Shown one piece after another: positions 50,830 through 64,000 of a stretch of 64,000 nucleotides of DNA. The notes below the pieces were generated by a model. It did no database searches, was not told the origin of the DNA, and saw nothing but the letters and a program-made list of their open reading frames with translations. The stretch is from assembly GCF_006345805.1 (NCBI RefSeq), contig NC_043013.1:56048001-56112000 (forward strand), read 5' to 3'. How positions within the stretch are numbered: position 1 is the stretch's first letter; each line of letters starts with the position of its first letter. This stretch comes from Octopus sinensis (Eukaryota). Position numbers and translations under genes: made by a program.

Positions 50830-52355
50830 ATACGGCGATTGCCACTACCTCTTCAATTAGAAAAATCTGTCATAAGATGTCTTATGAGACTTGCAAGCCC
50901 AGCTAGGGCCACATGCACCCAACTGCAGATGCTACAAACATTTTCAGGAAAAACAATATCTAGGATTGAAGCTAAATCTTGCATATGAAGTTCTCCTTTC
51001 AAGATTGCTTGTTCAATTCTCCATGTTCCAAATTCTTTACAACCATTCTAAATCACTTCTTTCCAATCTTCCATCAACTGCTACTACTCCTCAATGTTCA
51101 CACTAAGAGACTTTTGAGGTTGCTTTTGGCAACGTACATGAAGCATTTCTTAAGTTTCTGTCTTGGATGCTTACCATGTTGCAACTCCCCAACGAATACA
51201 TAGGTAATCAGTCAACCTGTCTCTTAATAAAGTGCCCAGTCCAACGTATCTGATTACATATAAGGAACATTTCGATACTGGATGTGTTGGCTCATGGAAG
51301 AACAATGGCGTCTGATGTTAAAGACTACCATTTAGTGGGTAAGATCCTGAAATGGCAACTTTGAAGGAATCTTTCTAAAACCTTGATGGGGAGATGATAA
51401 TTAGTCCAAATCTCGGAAGAGAGCAAAAGAGTCGTTGAGACACGTGATTCATAGACACTGAACTTGGTTTTCATTGTGATGCTTCTGTCAGACCACACAC
51501 GATTTTTGAGCCTTCCAAATGTGTTGCTGGCTTTTTCAATCCTAGGATTTATTTCAGAATCAAGGGATCTATCTTTAGAGAGAGAGTGCTGCCAATGTAT
51601 ACAGAAGAGTTGACCACATTTAAACTTGTACCCTGGACGAAGGTGTTGGGTTTGACATAGGGATGGTCTGGAAGCTGATGATATGTCCGAAAGCAATGCA
51701 TGCTCTAAAGAAGAGATTCATTATAGCGTGCATGTCGCATTCAGTATGAGTAACAGGAACTACAACATCAGCATAAAGGATCTCACGAACAAGGGTCTGG
51801 AAAGTCTTTGATTCTGTACTGAAGTGTTATATCAAAGACCTTACCTGTGGTTCTGAAGTGAATGAAGACTACAATATCGCAGCCTGGGAAGTGTACAAGA
51901 CAGAAGCAGCAAGATATATGGTAAAAACGTTGGAGTAGCAATATCAACCTTATTTAACCCCATTATCAATGGGAATTGGTTCCAAGACCGAAACATTGAA
52001 GTTAAAACCAGCTTTCATATCAGTATGGAATTGCTTAAACAAGTTGTGAAATTGAGATGGAGGACCCAAAATGATCTGAAGATTGATCCTATAGACAGTA
52101 ACAAAGTTATTTGTTTAAGTTGACAATGGCCTAGAAAAGAACTATATAATGTCTGATGCATTTCTCTTGGAATTGATGAGCAGCATGAACTGATCTAAAA
52201 CCATATTAACTTTCCAGGATGTCAGAGGGGCATATCCACCTCTTTGTTAGTTGATTGAATAAAAATTTTGCAAAAGCCTTACCAACTGCTCCAAGCAAGC
52301 TTACTCTTCTGTCATTTCCACACACAGATTTGGATCCATTTCCTTTAAATAAGGA
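50830..52355 (-). mobile_element. Heavily decayed RTE (BovB-like) fragment
   Basis: LFKGNGSKSVCGNDRRVSLL..VGKAFAK and EINPRIEKASNTFGRL...TKFSVY...TTLLLSSEIW. Confidence 0.8.
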
Positions 52356-52762
52356 AATCATAACCCCAACTCTACCCCAACCCCCAGTCGAACCCACATC
52401 CCACCAGTGCTTTCCCCACTCTCGCCTCCCCACCTCCCAACAACATCACACCACACCACACTACACCATACAACATTACACATCACATCACAACACACCA
52501 CCCACACACCCATCTCCACATCTTCACACCTACGCATACATACACGTACACATCCAGACCACCAGCCCTCTTTCACATGCACATACATACTCTCTTATAC
52601 ACAGACGCACCTTTGTGTTGGGGTTCATCTTTACCTTGTTATCTCCCCTACTTTCCTTCCTGTGTTTGACCCTTCTGTCCGGCACTAGTCACCATGATAT
52701 ATCGTTAGCCACTACACACATTTTTTTCTCTCCTTGTTTCTCTCCTTGTTTTTTCTGTGTCC

Positions 52763-52798
52763 CTTTCTGTAGAAGAGCGTAGGCTCGAAACGTAAAAG
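52763..52798 (+). ncRNA. Minimal hammerhead motif (A6->U) in a pLTR-like segment ~52590-52890
   Basis: cttt CTGTAGA a gagc gtag gctc GAAA cg TA aaag. Stem II is 4 bp plus a tetraloop, and stem III is the minimal ACGT. Confidence 0.62.
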
Positions 52799-52895
52799 AC
52801 TTTTTCAGTTCCTGAGCGTTATACTAATACATCTGTTTGTTTTGTACACCACCTGTCTTCGTCTTTTGTTTTTTCGTAAAATCTCCCTATATATA

Positions 52896-55507
52896 TCATC
52901 ATCATCATCATCATCATTTAGCGTCCGTTTTCCATGCTAGCATGGGTTGGACGGTTCTACTGGGGTCTGTGAAGCCAGAAGGCTTCATCAGGCCCAGTCA
53001 AATCTGGCAGTGTTTCTACGGCTGGATGCCCTTCCTAACGCCAACCACTCCGTGAGTGTAGTGGGTGCTTTTTACGTGCCACCCGCACTGGTGCCAGACA
53101 GAGCTGGCAAACGGCCACGAACGGATGGTGCTTTTTATGTGCCACCGGCACGAGGGCCAGGCGAGGCTGGCAACGGACACGAAACGGGGCGGTGCTGGCA
53201 ACGGTCGCGAAACGGAAAGTTCTCTTACATGCCACCGGCACTGGTAACACATCTGCAATTTCCATTGATCGATTTCCATTGATCGATTTCGATTCTGATC
53301 CTCACTTGCCTCAATGGGTCTTCACAAGCAGAGTTTCGACATGCCACCGGCACTGGTAGCACATCCGCAATTTCCATTGATCGATTTCGATTCTGATCCT
53401 CACTTGCCTCAACACGTCTTCACAAGTAGAGTTTTGTGTCCCAAGAAGGGAAGGTATGCATACGTAGGCTGGCTCCATCCCATGTAGAAGGCCACGGGTT
53501 GTGGACTCACTTGTCCTGCCGGGTCTTCTCGCGCACAGCACACTTCCAGAGGTCTCGGTCTCTAGTCATTTCCTCAGTGAGACCTAAAGTTCGAAGGTCG
53601 TGCTTCACCACCTCGTCCCAGGTTTTCCTGGGTCTGCCTCTTCCACAGGTTCCCTCAACCGCTAGGGTGTGGCACTTTTTCACACAACTATCTTCATCCA
53701 TTCTCGCCACATGACCATACCAGCGCAAACGTCTCTCTTGCACACCACAACTGATGCTTCTTAGGTCCAGCTTTTCTCTCAAGGTACTTACCTGAAGGTG
53801 TTTGTGATTTGTCTACCTTCCTACTGATTACGACTTTGGTTTTAGCTAGATTGACTCTGAGGCCCTTCGATTCTAATCCTTGTTTCCACACCTGAAACTT
53901 CTCCTCCAGTTCTGATAGCGACTCAGCAATTAGAGCAAGGTCATCAGCATAGAGGAGCTCCCAAGGGCATCCTGTCTTGAATTCCTCCGTTATTGCCTGG
54001 AGGACTATGATAAATAGGAGGGGGCTGAGTACTGAGCCTTGGTGGACCCCTACCTCTACCCGGAATTCTTCACTGTACTCATTTCCAACCCTCACCCTAC
54101 TAGCGGCGTCCCTATACATGGCCCGCACAGCTCTCACTAACCATTCATCTATCCCTAGTTTTCTCATTGCCCACCAGATAAGGGATCGGGGGACCCTGTC
54201 GAAGGCTTTCTCCATGTCAACAAAAGCCAGGTACAGGGGCTTATCTTTGGCTAGGTATTTCTCCTGCAGCTGCCTTACCAGGAATATAGCATCAGTAGTA
54301 CTTTTCCCTGGCACAAACCCAAACTGCATCTCATCTAAACTAACTCTCTCTCTAATTAGTTGGGCTATGACCCTCTCCGTAACCTTCATCACCTGGTCCA
54401 ACAGCTTGATACCTCTGTAGTTATTTGTATCTAGGGCATCACCTTTACCTTTGTAGCAGTTGACTATTATACTGCTACACCAGTCATTGGGTATGACCCC
54501 TTTGTGTATCACCTGATTAACTATATGTGTGACTAGGCTATAGCCGACACTACCAGACATTTTGAGCATCTCTGCAGTAATTCCTGATGGGCCTGGGGCT
54601 TTCCCTGTCTTCATGCTTCTAATTGCCTTAGCTACCACAGAACTATCAACTCGGATAGCTGGTCCCTCTGTTGGGTCAACATTCGGCAGACTCTCTTTAT
54701 CCCATTCATTTTCTTCATTCAGCAACCTTTCATAGTGGCATCTCCAAACCTCTCTCTTCGCATCCTCATTTAGCGCAAGTGAACCATCTTCCATGCGAAC
54801 ACACTTCTCTCCTACCACATCACGATTCTCTCTCAAACACTGTCTTGCAACACGAAACACCTCCAGTCTTTGGTCCTCACGGCGCAGAACATTGGCAAAT
54901 TTTTTCTTATCTGCTTCCCCTCTGGCTAAATAAACCTGTCTCCTAGCTTCTCTTTTGGCAGTCTGATACAATTCCCTGCTACCCCCATTTTTCCAGACCT
55001 TCCAAGCCTGTCTCTTTTCTCTAATAGCCCTGTCTACAATATTGTTCCACCACCACGTTATTCTAGGTCGAGAGGGGACTTTGCACCAGCCACAGATCTG
55101 GTCAGTGGCTCTCAGCAGGTTGTCCCTTAGAAACGTCCAGCTGTCTTCTACCCCCTGTGATGCTCTATCCCCTTCTACTTCGTCAGAGGCTTCAAGTAAT
55201 ATGTCCCTAAATCTCTGTCCATTTGCAGGATCTTTAAGCTTCCAGATCCTTCTTCTCCATATTTGTCGTCTTCTGGTTGTCCTCCTAGTCCTGATCCTAA
55301 AGTCACTAACTACCAGTCTATGTTGTGGGGTACATTCTTCACCTGGGAAGGTTTTGGCATTTATAAGCAGCCATCTCTCCCTTTGCCTTGTAAGGATGTA
55401 GTCAATTTGGCTGGTATGTTGGCCCGATTGGTAAGTGACTAGGTGGCTGGTAGGTTTCCTGAAGTTAGTGTTGCAAATCATAAGATTATTTGCATCGCAG
55501 AACTCCA
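52896..55507 (-). mobile_element. Young 5'-truncated RTE copy with ~510-bp internal deletion
   Basis: Uninterrupted 604-aa frame, highly similar to the 17148-19100 ORF. Deletion junction at ~53790, (GAT)n tail, and ~110-bp tandem duplication at 53229-53435. Confidence 0.93.
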
Positions 55508-58500
55508 AAAATTAAATAAGGGTAGAAATTGATATTAATAGATTAAACCAGTGGCCTAGCATATTTTTAAAAAATCCGAAGATTAAAAAATTTTCTTACA
55601 TACAAAATTTAGAGGACTGACCACTAAAAATGGACAGCCTATATGCTAGATATAGACGTCAAACTCACCATTTACAACGAAGAATGTGTTCTCAAGAAAA
55701 AACTCAGCAAAAAAAACAAAGTGTAAAAATAAGAAAGACAAATGAAAATATACAAAATAAAAGAAACGATTACCTATGTACTAATTAGTTTTTGCTAACA
55801 TATATATATATATATATATATGCAATGACGAAATAAGTGATATAGACTTTCTACATGTTCCAGACTCTTTATGAATCATATTACATCCGTTTTATCATCC
55901 TCTTCATTTGGACTTTGCAAGTACATTTATGGACTTATATTTTTATATATTTATATTTATCAATTTTCATGTGTTTATAAATTTTTATATGTCTATGAAT
56001 TTTTATATATTTATAAATTTTCGTGTATATGTATGTATTTATATATTCTTAGACATTTTTTATATATCATATAGATGAATGCATCTATGTATGTACTTCG
56101 TATACCATGGAGAATTTCATTAATGTGGATTGAAGAATATATACATCGACCTTTGAATTTGGTTTCTCTTCTTAATTTTATACACACACACACACATGTA
56201 TATATATATATATGTACATATATATAAACTACTTACATAATATACAACAGCAAATAAAAGACAGAAACAGCCGTGGAATTTACTAAAAAAGCAATATAGA
56301 ATAGCAGAAAAGTTAGAGCATTGAACAAAATGCTTTGTAATATATCTTCCTGCTCTTTGTGTTCTGAGTTCAAATCAAACCAAAGTCCACTTTGCTTTTT
56401 ATCATTTTGAGTTTGGTAAAATAAAGTATCGGTCAGGCAAATAAACCCCTCCCTCAAAATTGCTGGCCTTGTGCCTTAATTAGAAATAATTTAATTATTA
56501 ATCAAAATGATTTCTACAATTTGATTTTAGTGTAATATTTTTAAAAAAAAAAAGCTGTTTTGATGATTTTGAAGTGGAACTGGGAGGATGTCGGTGAATA
56601 TTTAGCAATTATGGAATATTTCCAAATGCAAATATTACATATGGCTGATGCCAAATATATTTTATAGAATTGATTTTTGTCAAGAAATGTCAAAGAAAAT
56701 AATCCATATTCTGGCAAAAGAACTTCAAGTTTAAATATTCTTTATTCTGTCTCATTAAGTAAAATAATTATTAGCAATATAGGTCAGAATAATTGACAGC
56801 GGTTTCAGACAGTCTTAGAATAAAGTTGACAGTTACAAGCAAGCATTCTTTGAAACATACATACATACGTATACATAGATACTCATACATACTTAAACAT
56901 ACCTACATATATACATACATACAGTACTAACATGCACACATACCTAGAAACAATACCTCAATATTCATCTGCTTACATACATACACCCTTACACATATGC
57001 ATAGATGCATACATACATATATAAATGCACACATATGTAGATGCATACAGCTACACACATCCATACAAACACACATAAATATTCATGCTTGCATACATAC
57101 ACACATACATACATACACATTCATACTTACATAATCACATACACACATACACATTTATGCTTACATTTATGCTTACATAGCAACAGAAACAAAGAATCTA
57201 CAAGAATTACACTAAAAGTCATAAATAACAATTAAATGGCGTTGTTGAGTTCCTTCTATTTATTCTAAAGTAAAAGTCTGGTTTAAATAGACAAGCTCCA
57301 TTAGCTGGTGTCTATTTATCTAAATCAGACAAATCTCTACTTTCTATACTTCTTTGCAAGTAACTCCTGTGTTTTCTTAATTACTTGGTATCCTGGTTTT
57401 TCTTTCATCCATTTTCATTGCAATTTCACCCCTTACTGGTTTGTGTCTGCCACTGACACACACAAAACCTCTTTAAAACCACCCTGACCACCTTTTCGAT
57501 CAGAAAACCTACTAAAATGTTCAACTTAGATTTAATTCACAATCCTATGTAGACTCGTTTATCATTTCTCTTTGTATCAGATTACTGTCAACCTTTAAGA
57601 AGTATCTGAATGCTTACAGCTGTTGGTGCTTTGTGATTTTGTATTTAAGGAAGAAGTTATGTTGGTTACGTGGTAGGGCCTACAACAGGTAATCTAGATA
57701 TCCATTCTAGAAGTATTTGGAAGGATGAGAAACAGTTGGCTTCAGTAAGCCATCGGATATAGAATTTGGTCAAAAGAATGATCATGTTCAATAGATGAAC
57801 ATGTGAAAAAACTATATTCCAGACTCAAATCTTTTGCATCTTTGGTCTCTCTCTCTCTCTCCCTCCTCCCTCTTCCCCCCCTCTCCCCCCTCTCTTCCAT
57901 GTGCCCCACAACATGTCCAGGTTATTGACAAACTATTTCATTCAAAAGATACCCTGAACAAAAGAGAGTGACCAGTGACTATTATCCTCAGATAATCAGC
58001 TCTATAGGCATTAAAACCTATAAGATCCTTCAGCAGCAAGCTTCCACAGGAAGAGATATTGCCAGGATCTCTTACAGAAAATAAAAATGAGGGAAGGAGG
58101 CTTAAGACAGTCTTTGAGGCTCAAGACAGCATCTCACTGACAACATTTGCTAAATTAAGGGGGTTAAAATAGACTGAGAGCTGAAATGCTAAGAGAGCAA
58201 TATCTTATGATGGTGGTGGGGGGGGGGGTGACAGTATTCCTTCCAGAAGTATTTATTCCCTGATAATACCTTCTCTTGTAATTACTGGTTCAGAGTTCTT
58301 CAATAGAGATTATGAAGACTCTCTTGAGTTCCTCTCACTTTACTTCCAATTTCAGAAGTCATGCTTTTGCAATGCAAGAGCAGAAAAAATGGCAAGGAAA
58401 AACTGAATAGACAAAAGAATGTGACTGAAAATGTTGAATTAAGCAAGATTGTTTCCAAAAGTCTTATCGTACTTCCATCAGTTGCAATATAGTACTATCT

Positions 58501-59731
58501 ATAAGCAAGCATGCATCAGGGCTGAATATAGACAAAGACTCAGTTACTAAATACATTCATATCAACAAAGGGACAAGTAGGGGAACATCCCAATGAAATT
58601 TCCTCCAAATACGAGTATAACAGATCTAATTGTTCGAGACAGGAAAGCAATTTCCTGTACAGTAAGAGAAGTCAGCTGCTTTAAGGATGTGAACTTTTCC
58701 GCACCAAATGAGGAAGAAGGAAGAGCGTTATTTAAGGACAACAGCTTTGAAGTAAATAGCTTCTCTGCCTTGATTATAAATTCACATATCATCATTATTT
58801 TAATGTTCATCTTCCATGCTGGCATAGGTTGGAGGGTTTTTCCAGAGCTGGCAAACCAGAGAACTTGACAAGGTTCCATTTCTGAATCCCCTTTCTACAA
58901 CCAACCACTTAACAGAGTGAATTGTGTGCTTTTTATGTGGTAACAACACCAGCAGGGTCATTGAGCAACTTGCAAGATGACCCCTCAGCTGGGAGTGTGA
59001 TTGACAAGGATATAATATAATAACAAAGCCATTAATTATCAGTATAAATGTGAATTTAGAAATTGAGGTAGAGGTGCAACAATTGCAGACATCTAAGGAT
59101 TTTCAGGTAAGGAAAGTAAACAGTTAACTTGTATTTCACAAATGTACTTTATGAATACTGTAAGTTGAACAATAAAGATCTGGAAGACTTTTCTAAATGG
59201 CAGCATCTATTACATTTTGTATTCCAGATTCCAGCAACACAACTTTATTTTCTTTGTTAATATCCAGTTCCTTATGCATAGAAAGAATTTAAAAACACAA
59301 ATATACATTCATAATTTTATTATTTCTTCTATTATCCATAAAGTTACTCTTCAAAATTATCCGACTGGGATGGCTCAAAAGTAGAAATACAAATTGCCAA
59401 TAACAATCTGTAGTCAAAAACATGAGGCTACCAAAAGTCGTTCATTGATTATTTAAATGTTTTCAAACTCTGATGGCTGTTTTATGTTGTGTGTTTTGGT
59501 TACCTCGATCTTACTTTCGTTTCATTTTACTAACAAAAATATTATAGAAATATTATAAAACACAGAAAAAAAAAATAGAAGGAAGCTGAGGGAAAAAATA
59601 CAGTTGAATAAGAAATTTGTAGCAAGAAGGAAAGTTTTTAAAAAATTAAATAAATTGGTTAATTCTTTTTTTTTTTTTTTCTTTTAAGCAAGTTACAGAT
59701 TTGGAAACTGATATTTCTGGTACATTGTTGA

Positions 59732-59769
<38 letters not shown>

Positions 59770-60238
59770 TCTGTGAACCGTAAAAATTAATACAGAGAGT
59801 TGCTTATTTGCAAAAAAAAAAAAAAAAAAAAGAAATATAACATGTGACTTCATTGACCGAGGTTACCGTGGTCTTTTCCGTAGGCTTTTCTTTCCACGGT
59901 TAAACATCACCTGTCCTCCCCTTTACACTTCATATTGACATTTCTGTGATAACGATCCCTATTGATCAATTTTTTTCCTCTCCCCCTTTTTTTTTAACCC
60001 CCCCCCTTTTATTTTGTCCTCTTTCTCTCCTTTTACGATCCCTTTTGATCGACTCCCCCCTTTTTTTATTTTTTAAAAAATTTTTATTTTATTTTTTTAT
60101 TTTTTATTTTTTTTATTTTTTAAACCTTCAAAAGAAAAGCTCTACCTTGTAATTTGTTCTATCTGTGTGCAGCCCTGTGTGGCTAATAAAGAAACATATC
60201 TATCTATCTATCTATCTATCTGTCTATCTATCTGTCTA

Positions 60239-60285
<47 letters not shown>

Positions 60286-60488
60286 GTTTGTCTGTCTGTC
60301 TATCTATACAGTAATTGTACATATTTGTGTGTGTATGTGTATATCCATGTGTGTGTGTTTGTATGTACATATCTATATATACATACACACACAGATACAT
60401 GCAAGCATATGAGTATAAATGTATGTACATAAGTGCATACATATGTGTATGTAATATATATATGTGTATATCTATATATCTATATATC

Positions 60489-60585
<97 letters not shown>

Positions 60586-60594
60586 TATATTTAT

Positions 60595-61281
60595 ATATAG
60601 AGGGCATTATACATACATGCCAGGAGGCATTATATATACATGCCAAACGCTAAGAGGGACAATCAGTCATTTCTACCAAAAATATTACTAATCCCACCGA
60701 AGCACATGGGTGAGTTTATATATATTACATCCGGGTAAATGGTAAACTTTTACGAATTGCATTTCGGGAGAGGAAAAGTTTTTTCGGAATAAAAATTTAG
60801 CAATTAAGGACAACTACTTAATAAGGAAAACTTAACAAGAAATTGTCAGGTAGATAGCGTAAAAACCTCATAAGAGAAAAAATTTCGAAAATAATTATTT
60901 CTTCGTTGATGTTGATCAGTTAGCTGATCGGCTTAAGCGAGGCAGGGTCGTTGTTTATTTATGATACATTCAGGCCTGCTGATGAATACGTAAGTATGAA
61001 ATCACTGTGATACAGGTCTATATTTTTTAAATGTCTTACTTTGAAAAATTGCATTCGGTGGGATTAGTAATATTTTTGGTAGAAATGACTGATTGTCCCT
61101 CTTAGCGTTTGGCATGTATATATAATGCCTCCTGGCATGTATGTATAATGCCCTCTATATATAAATTAATATGTTCAATAAGAATAATTATTTTCGAAAT
61201 TTTTTCTCTTATGAGGTTTTTACGCTATCTACCTGACAATTTCTTGTTAAGTTTTCCTTATTAAGTAGTTGTCCTTAATTG

Positions 61282-61284
<3 letters not shown>
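60595..61284 (+). mobile_element. Interleaved double inverted-repeat ribozyme element between (TA)n tracts
   Basis: A 60595-60700 / A' 61055-61160 and B 60798-60899 / B' 61183-61284. Both pairs appear essentially identical. Confidence 0.8.
60972..61019 (+). ncRNA. Type I hammerhead ribozyme
   Basis: aggcctg CTGATGA atac gtaa gtat GAAA tcactgtga TA caggtct. Stem I has 7 bp, stem II is GNRA-capped, and stem III is near-palindromic. Confidence 0.88.
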
Positions 61285-61342
<58 letters not shown>

Positions 61343-62994
61343 TATATATATAAAGAGAGAGTTAAGGAGAGAGAGATTTATATAGATATATGTATGCATT
61401 GATTTATATATATATATATATATATATATATGAATGTGTGAGTGTGTGTGTGCGTGGGGGGGATGTAATATCTTCAAAAGGATAAAACAGGTAAATACTT
61501 TAAAAGCTGCATAATTTCAAAGTCTAAGAGTATTTTTAAAAATATAGAAGGTTATCTTTTACATTTATGCGTAAATGAATTCAATTTACTAAAAATTGAA
61601 AACGATCCAAATCAAATAACTTAAGGTTCGACTAGCAGCAGGATGTTGTAAGTCAGCTCAATATAAATGAAGTGACTTTAATCTCAGTTTGTATCTCAAG
61701 ATTATATTTTTCAAATCTGTATCAAGAAGAGAAGGAATTTTTAATTTGAAATAAAAAAAGAAAGAAGGAAAGGAACTGTTATGTTGGATGGCTAAATTCC
61801 ATTTTGCAAGCAATATTATATTATGGTGTTTAAAGTCAGCCAAATGACATTTATTTGACATAGTTTTGAAATAAAGGGTAATCATTGATTGTAAAAATTT
61901 GCTCAATGCTTTTTAAGGAGCAAATCAAATAGTTTGCTCTCCTATAAAATAGTTCATTAGCTAAAACACTTTATTAACTGTGATGAACAAATTGTTGGCT
62001 GTGATCAGAAACCATAATAAACAAGTCACTGACTGTGGAATGCCTCGTTGGCATCAACAGACTTGCAACAACAGTTGCTTTGCTATAGTTGATTCACTAA
62101 TTATAAGAAACAGATCATTAGTGGTGGCCTCTTCACAAAAGGCTAATGCTAATTCATAAGCTATGCCCTGGAATTATTTCTACCAAAAGCTCAAAAGCCA
62201 ATAAAGAGAAGAAGAGTCCCTCTGTATCTAACAGATATCAATTCAACATTCACACTGAACACAATTCCATGTTTGTCAGGAGTTTCAACATGGTTCCTCA
62301 AAATAGCAGCCAAATTGCTTCAAATCACACCTTGTTATCTCTCTAAAAATGGTAAAACATTGAATAATGATGTTTTAGAAGAATTATATCTGGAATAAAA
62401 AAGGGGTATTCCTGACTGGAATACCTTGTGTGAGAGATTTCATTGATCAGGGCTGGCCTGGGGTTAAAATATAGTGACAACCATAATAATGATTTTAAAT
62501 TTAGGCTCAAATGGGGAGGGGAATCTAGTCAATTCCATCAATCTCAGTGATCAACTGGAATATATTTTATCGACCCTGAAAGGGTTAAAGGCAAACATAG
62601 AGTTGAAAAGAATAGTTGTGTACTGGGGTCGATCTAATCAACTGGTCCCTGCCCTAAAATTTTCAGGACTTGTGCCTAGAGAGTAGAAAAGAATATTACC
62701 TGCTTGCCGCTTTACTTTTCTATATTGAAATAATTGCTTTTGTGCTTGTAATGGAAAATAACCCTTCGGCAACTGTCATGGAGCTGATTGCCTGGTCAGG
62801 TCATTGGGGATTGAACCATCCCTCCTCAGGTTTAACTGGTGAGGAGAATGACTTGATACTCAAAGTACCCAGCTGGATAATAACAGTACCTCTCTAAAGG
62901 ACTGATGAATCCCAGATCAACAAAAGATTGGAGACTTAGAAATTCCAAGTCCACGTTTGACAGGCTGTAAGATCATCAGGAGTAAAGTAGCCCT

Positions 62995-63690
62995 TCATCA
63001 TCATCATCATTGTTCGACCGTGGTCGAGACAATGGAATTTACCTGGCTACGCCAGACTTCACGGTCCATCATAGCATTACAGAGGTCCTGTTGCTGGATG
63101 CCTGTATCCCTGGAGATTATATCAGTGTAGGAGAGTGTGCGCCCTCTGGTATTGCGAGTAGATGGCTTCCAGAGGAGAAGAGTAGAAATTACCTCGTTTT
63201 CAGCTCTACAACAATGTCCAGCAAACTGGACTCTCCTACCTTTCACAAGAGATGACACAGGTGGTAATTTCCCATATATTTGCATTTTGGTTGGATGGCG
63301 CTTCCACGAGAGATTTTGAGCTCTCATAAGGAGGCGAGTGTGTGTAGGTTCCATCCAACCGCCTCTCAAGCTTCTTTGATAACGTCCAGGTTTCTGAGCC
63401 ATATAGTAGAATTGGTTCGACTGTGGCTTTGAATATTTCAAGTTTGAAGTCTCTACTTAGATTTGATGACCAGATCTTATGCATGTCATTACAGGCTGAC
63501 CAGGCCATACCCTTTCTAGTTAGAAAGTCTTTTCCAGATGATGATATGTATGACCCAAGATATTTATAATCAGAAACCATATTTAAAGGTGCACTGTTGA
63601 GAGTGTGGATGATGCAATCACTGTTGGACAGGCACTTGTTTATGTATTCAGTTTTGGTCTCATTAAGGTAAAGACCTACACAAGTAGCCC
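62995..63690 (-). mobile_element. LINE 3' fragment (RTE/RTEX-like RT C-terminus) with (GAT)n tail
   Basis: LNETKTEYI...DYKYLGSYI...VEPILLYGSETWTL...RRVQFAGHCCR...RGR. Confidence 0.85.
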
Positions 63691-63831
63691 TTAGTTTTTG
63701 CCACAGAGTGATTTTATGGGTCATTATGTTGGATTGTTTGTGTGTAGCCTTGTGTTGATATCGATAAGATATGAGTATCATAATCAATCATATTATATTT
63801 GTTTCCAGCCTGCCATATATATATATATATA

Positions 63832-64000
63832 TGAGAAGACCTGGTAAGACTAGTGAAGCCATAACCCGTGGCCCCTACCTGGGACGTAGTCGTCCACCTG
63901 TGCATATCTTCCTTCTTGTGACACTTGTGAAGACCTGTTGAGGCAGTGAAAATCAAATCAAACAAATCAAATCAAACCAAATCAAAAAGATGAACATCAA
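63832..64000 (+). mobile_element. RTE ORF end / 3' UTR fragment running off the window
   Basis: Resembles the reverse complement of 53390-53530. Confidence 0.65.

Noticed and set aside
58300-58760. Purine-rich, coding-like stretch (also ~35200-35860)
   Set aside because: Only vague RT-like words and many stops; not assignable.
59081-59110. ttgcag-18 nt-gtaagg candidate microexon
   Set aside because: No polypyrimidine tract or other support; expected by chance.
59845-60200. Segment ending in AATAAA followed by (TATC)n
   Set aside because: Probably a retroelement 3' end, but I cannot assign a family or a gene from the sequence.
62897-62955. CTGATGA...GAAA motif
   Set aside because: No convincing stem I closure or stem III; at best a relic.

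Overview
Eukaryotic, AT-rich, microsatellite-dense non-coding DNA. The SINE and RTE families look like cephalopod (Octopus-like) repeats; this is pattern recall, not a database match. I found no supportable host exon, and nearly all short ORFs in the track are microsatellite or antisense artefacts. The window is a mosaic of transposable elements: two near full-length RTE LINEs (15.5-19.9 kb minus, 37.4-41.3 kb plus) plus many truncated copies, two R4/Dong-like RLE LINE fragments, Penelope-like (GIY-YIG) fragments, mariner/Tc1 remnants and MITEs, tRNA-derived SINEs, and a 2.7-kb G-poor minisatellite. The main hidden signal is RNA structure. Reading both strands by eye gives 11 type-I hammerhead ribozyme motifs in mutually unrelated-looking sequence contexts: 7 with an intact core, 1 U3-A8 covariant and 3 mutated. 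Most have a palindromic stem III, and many sit in short fold-back elements next to (TA)n tracts. These look like Penelope pseudo-LTR or retrozyme-like units. One copy (6.8-7.3 kb) reconstructs to a terminally redundant ~360-nt monomer. All coordinates and pairings were read manually and need computational confirmation.
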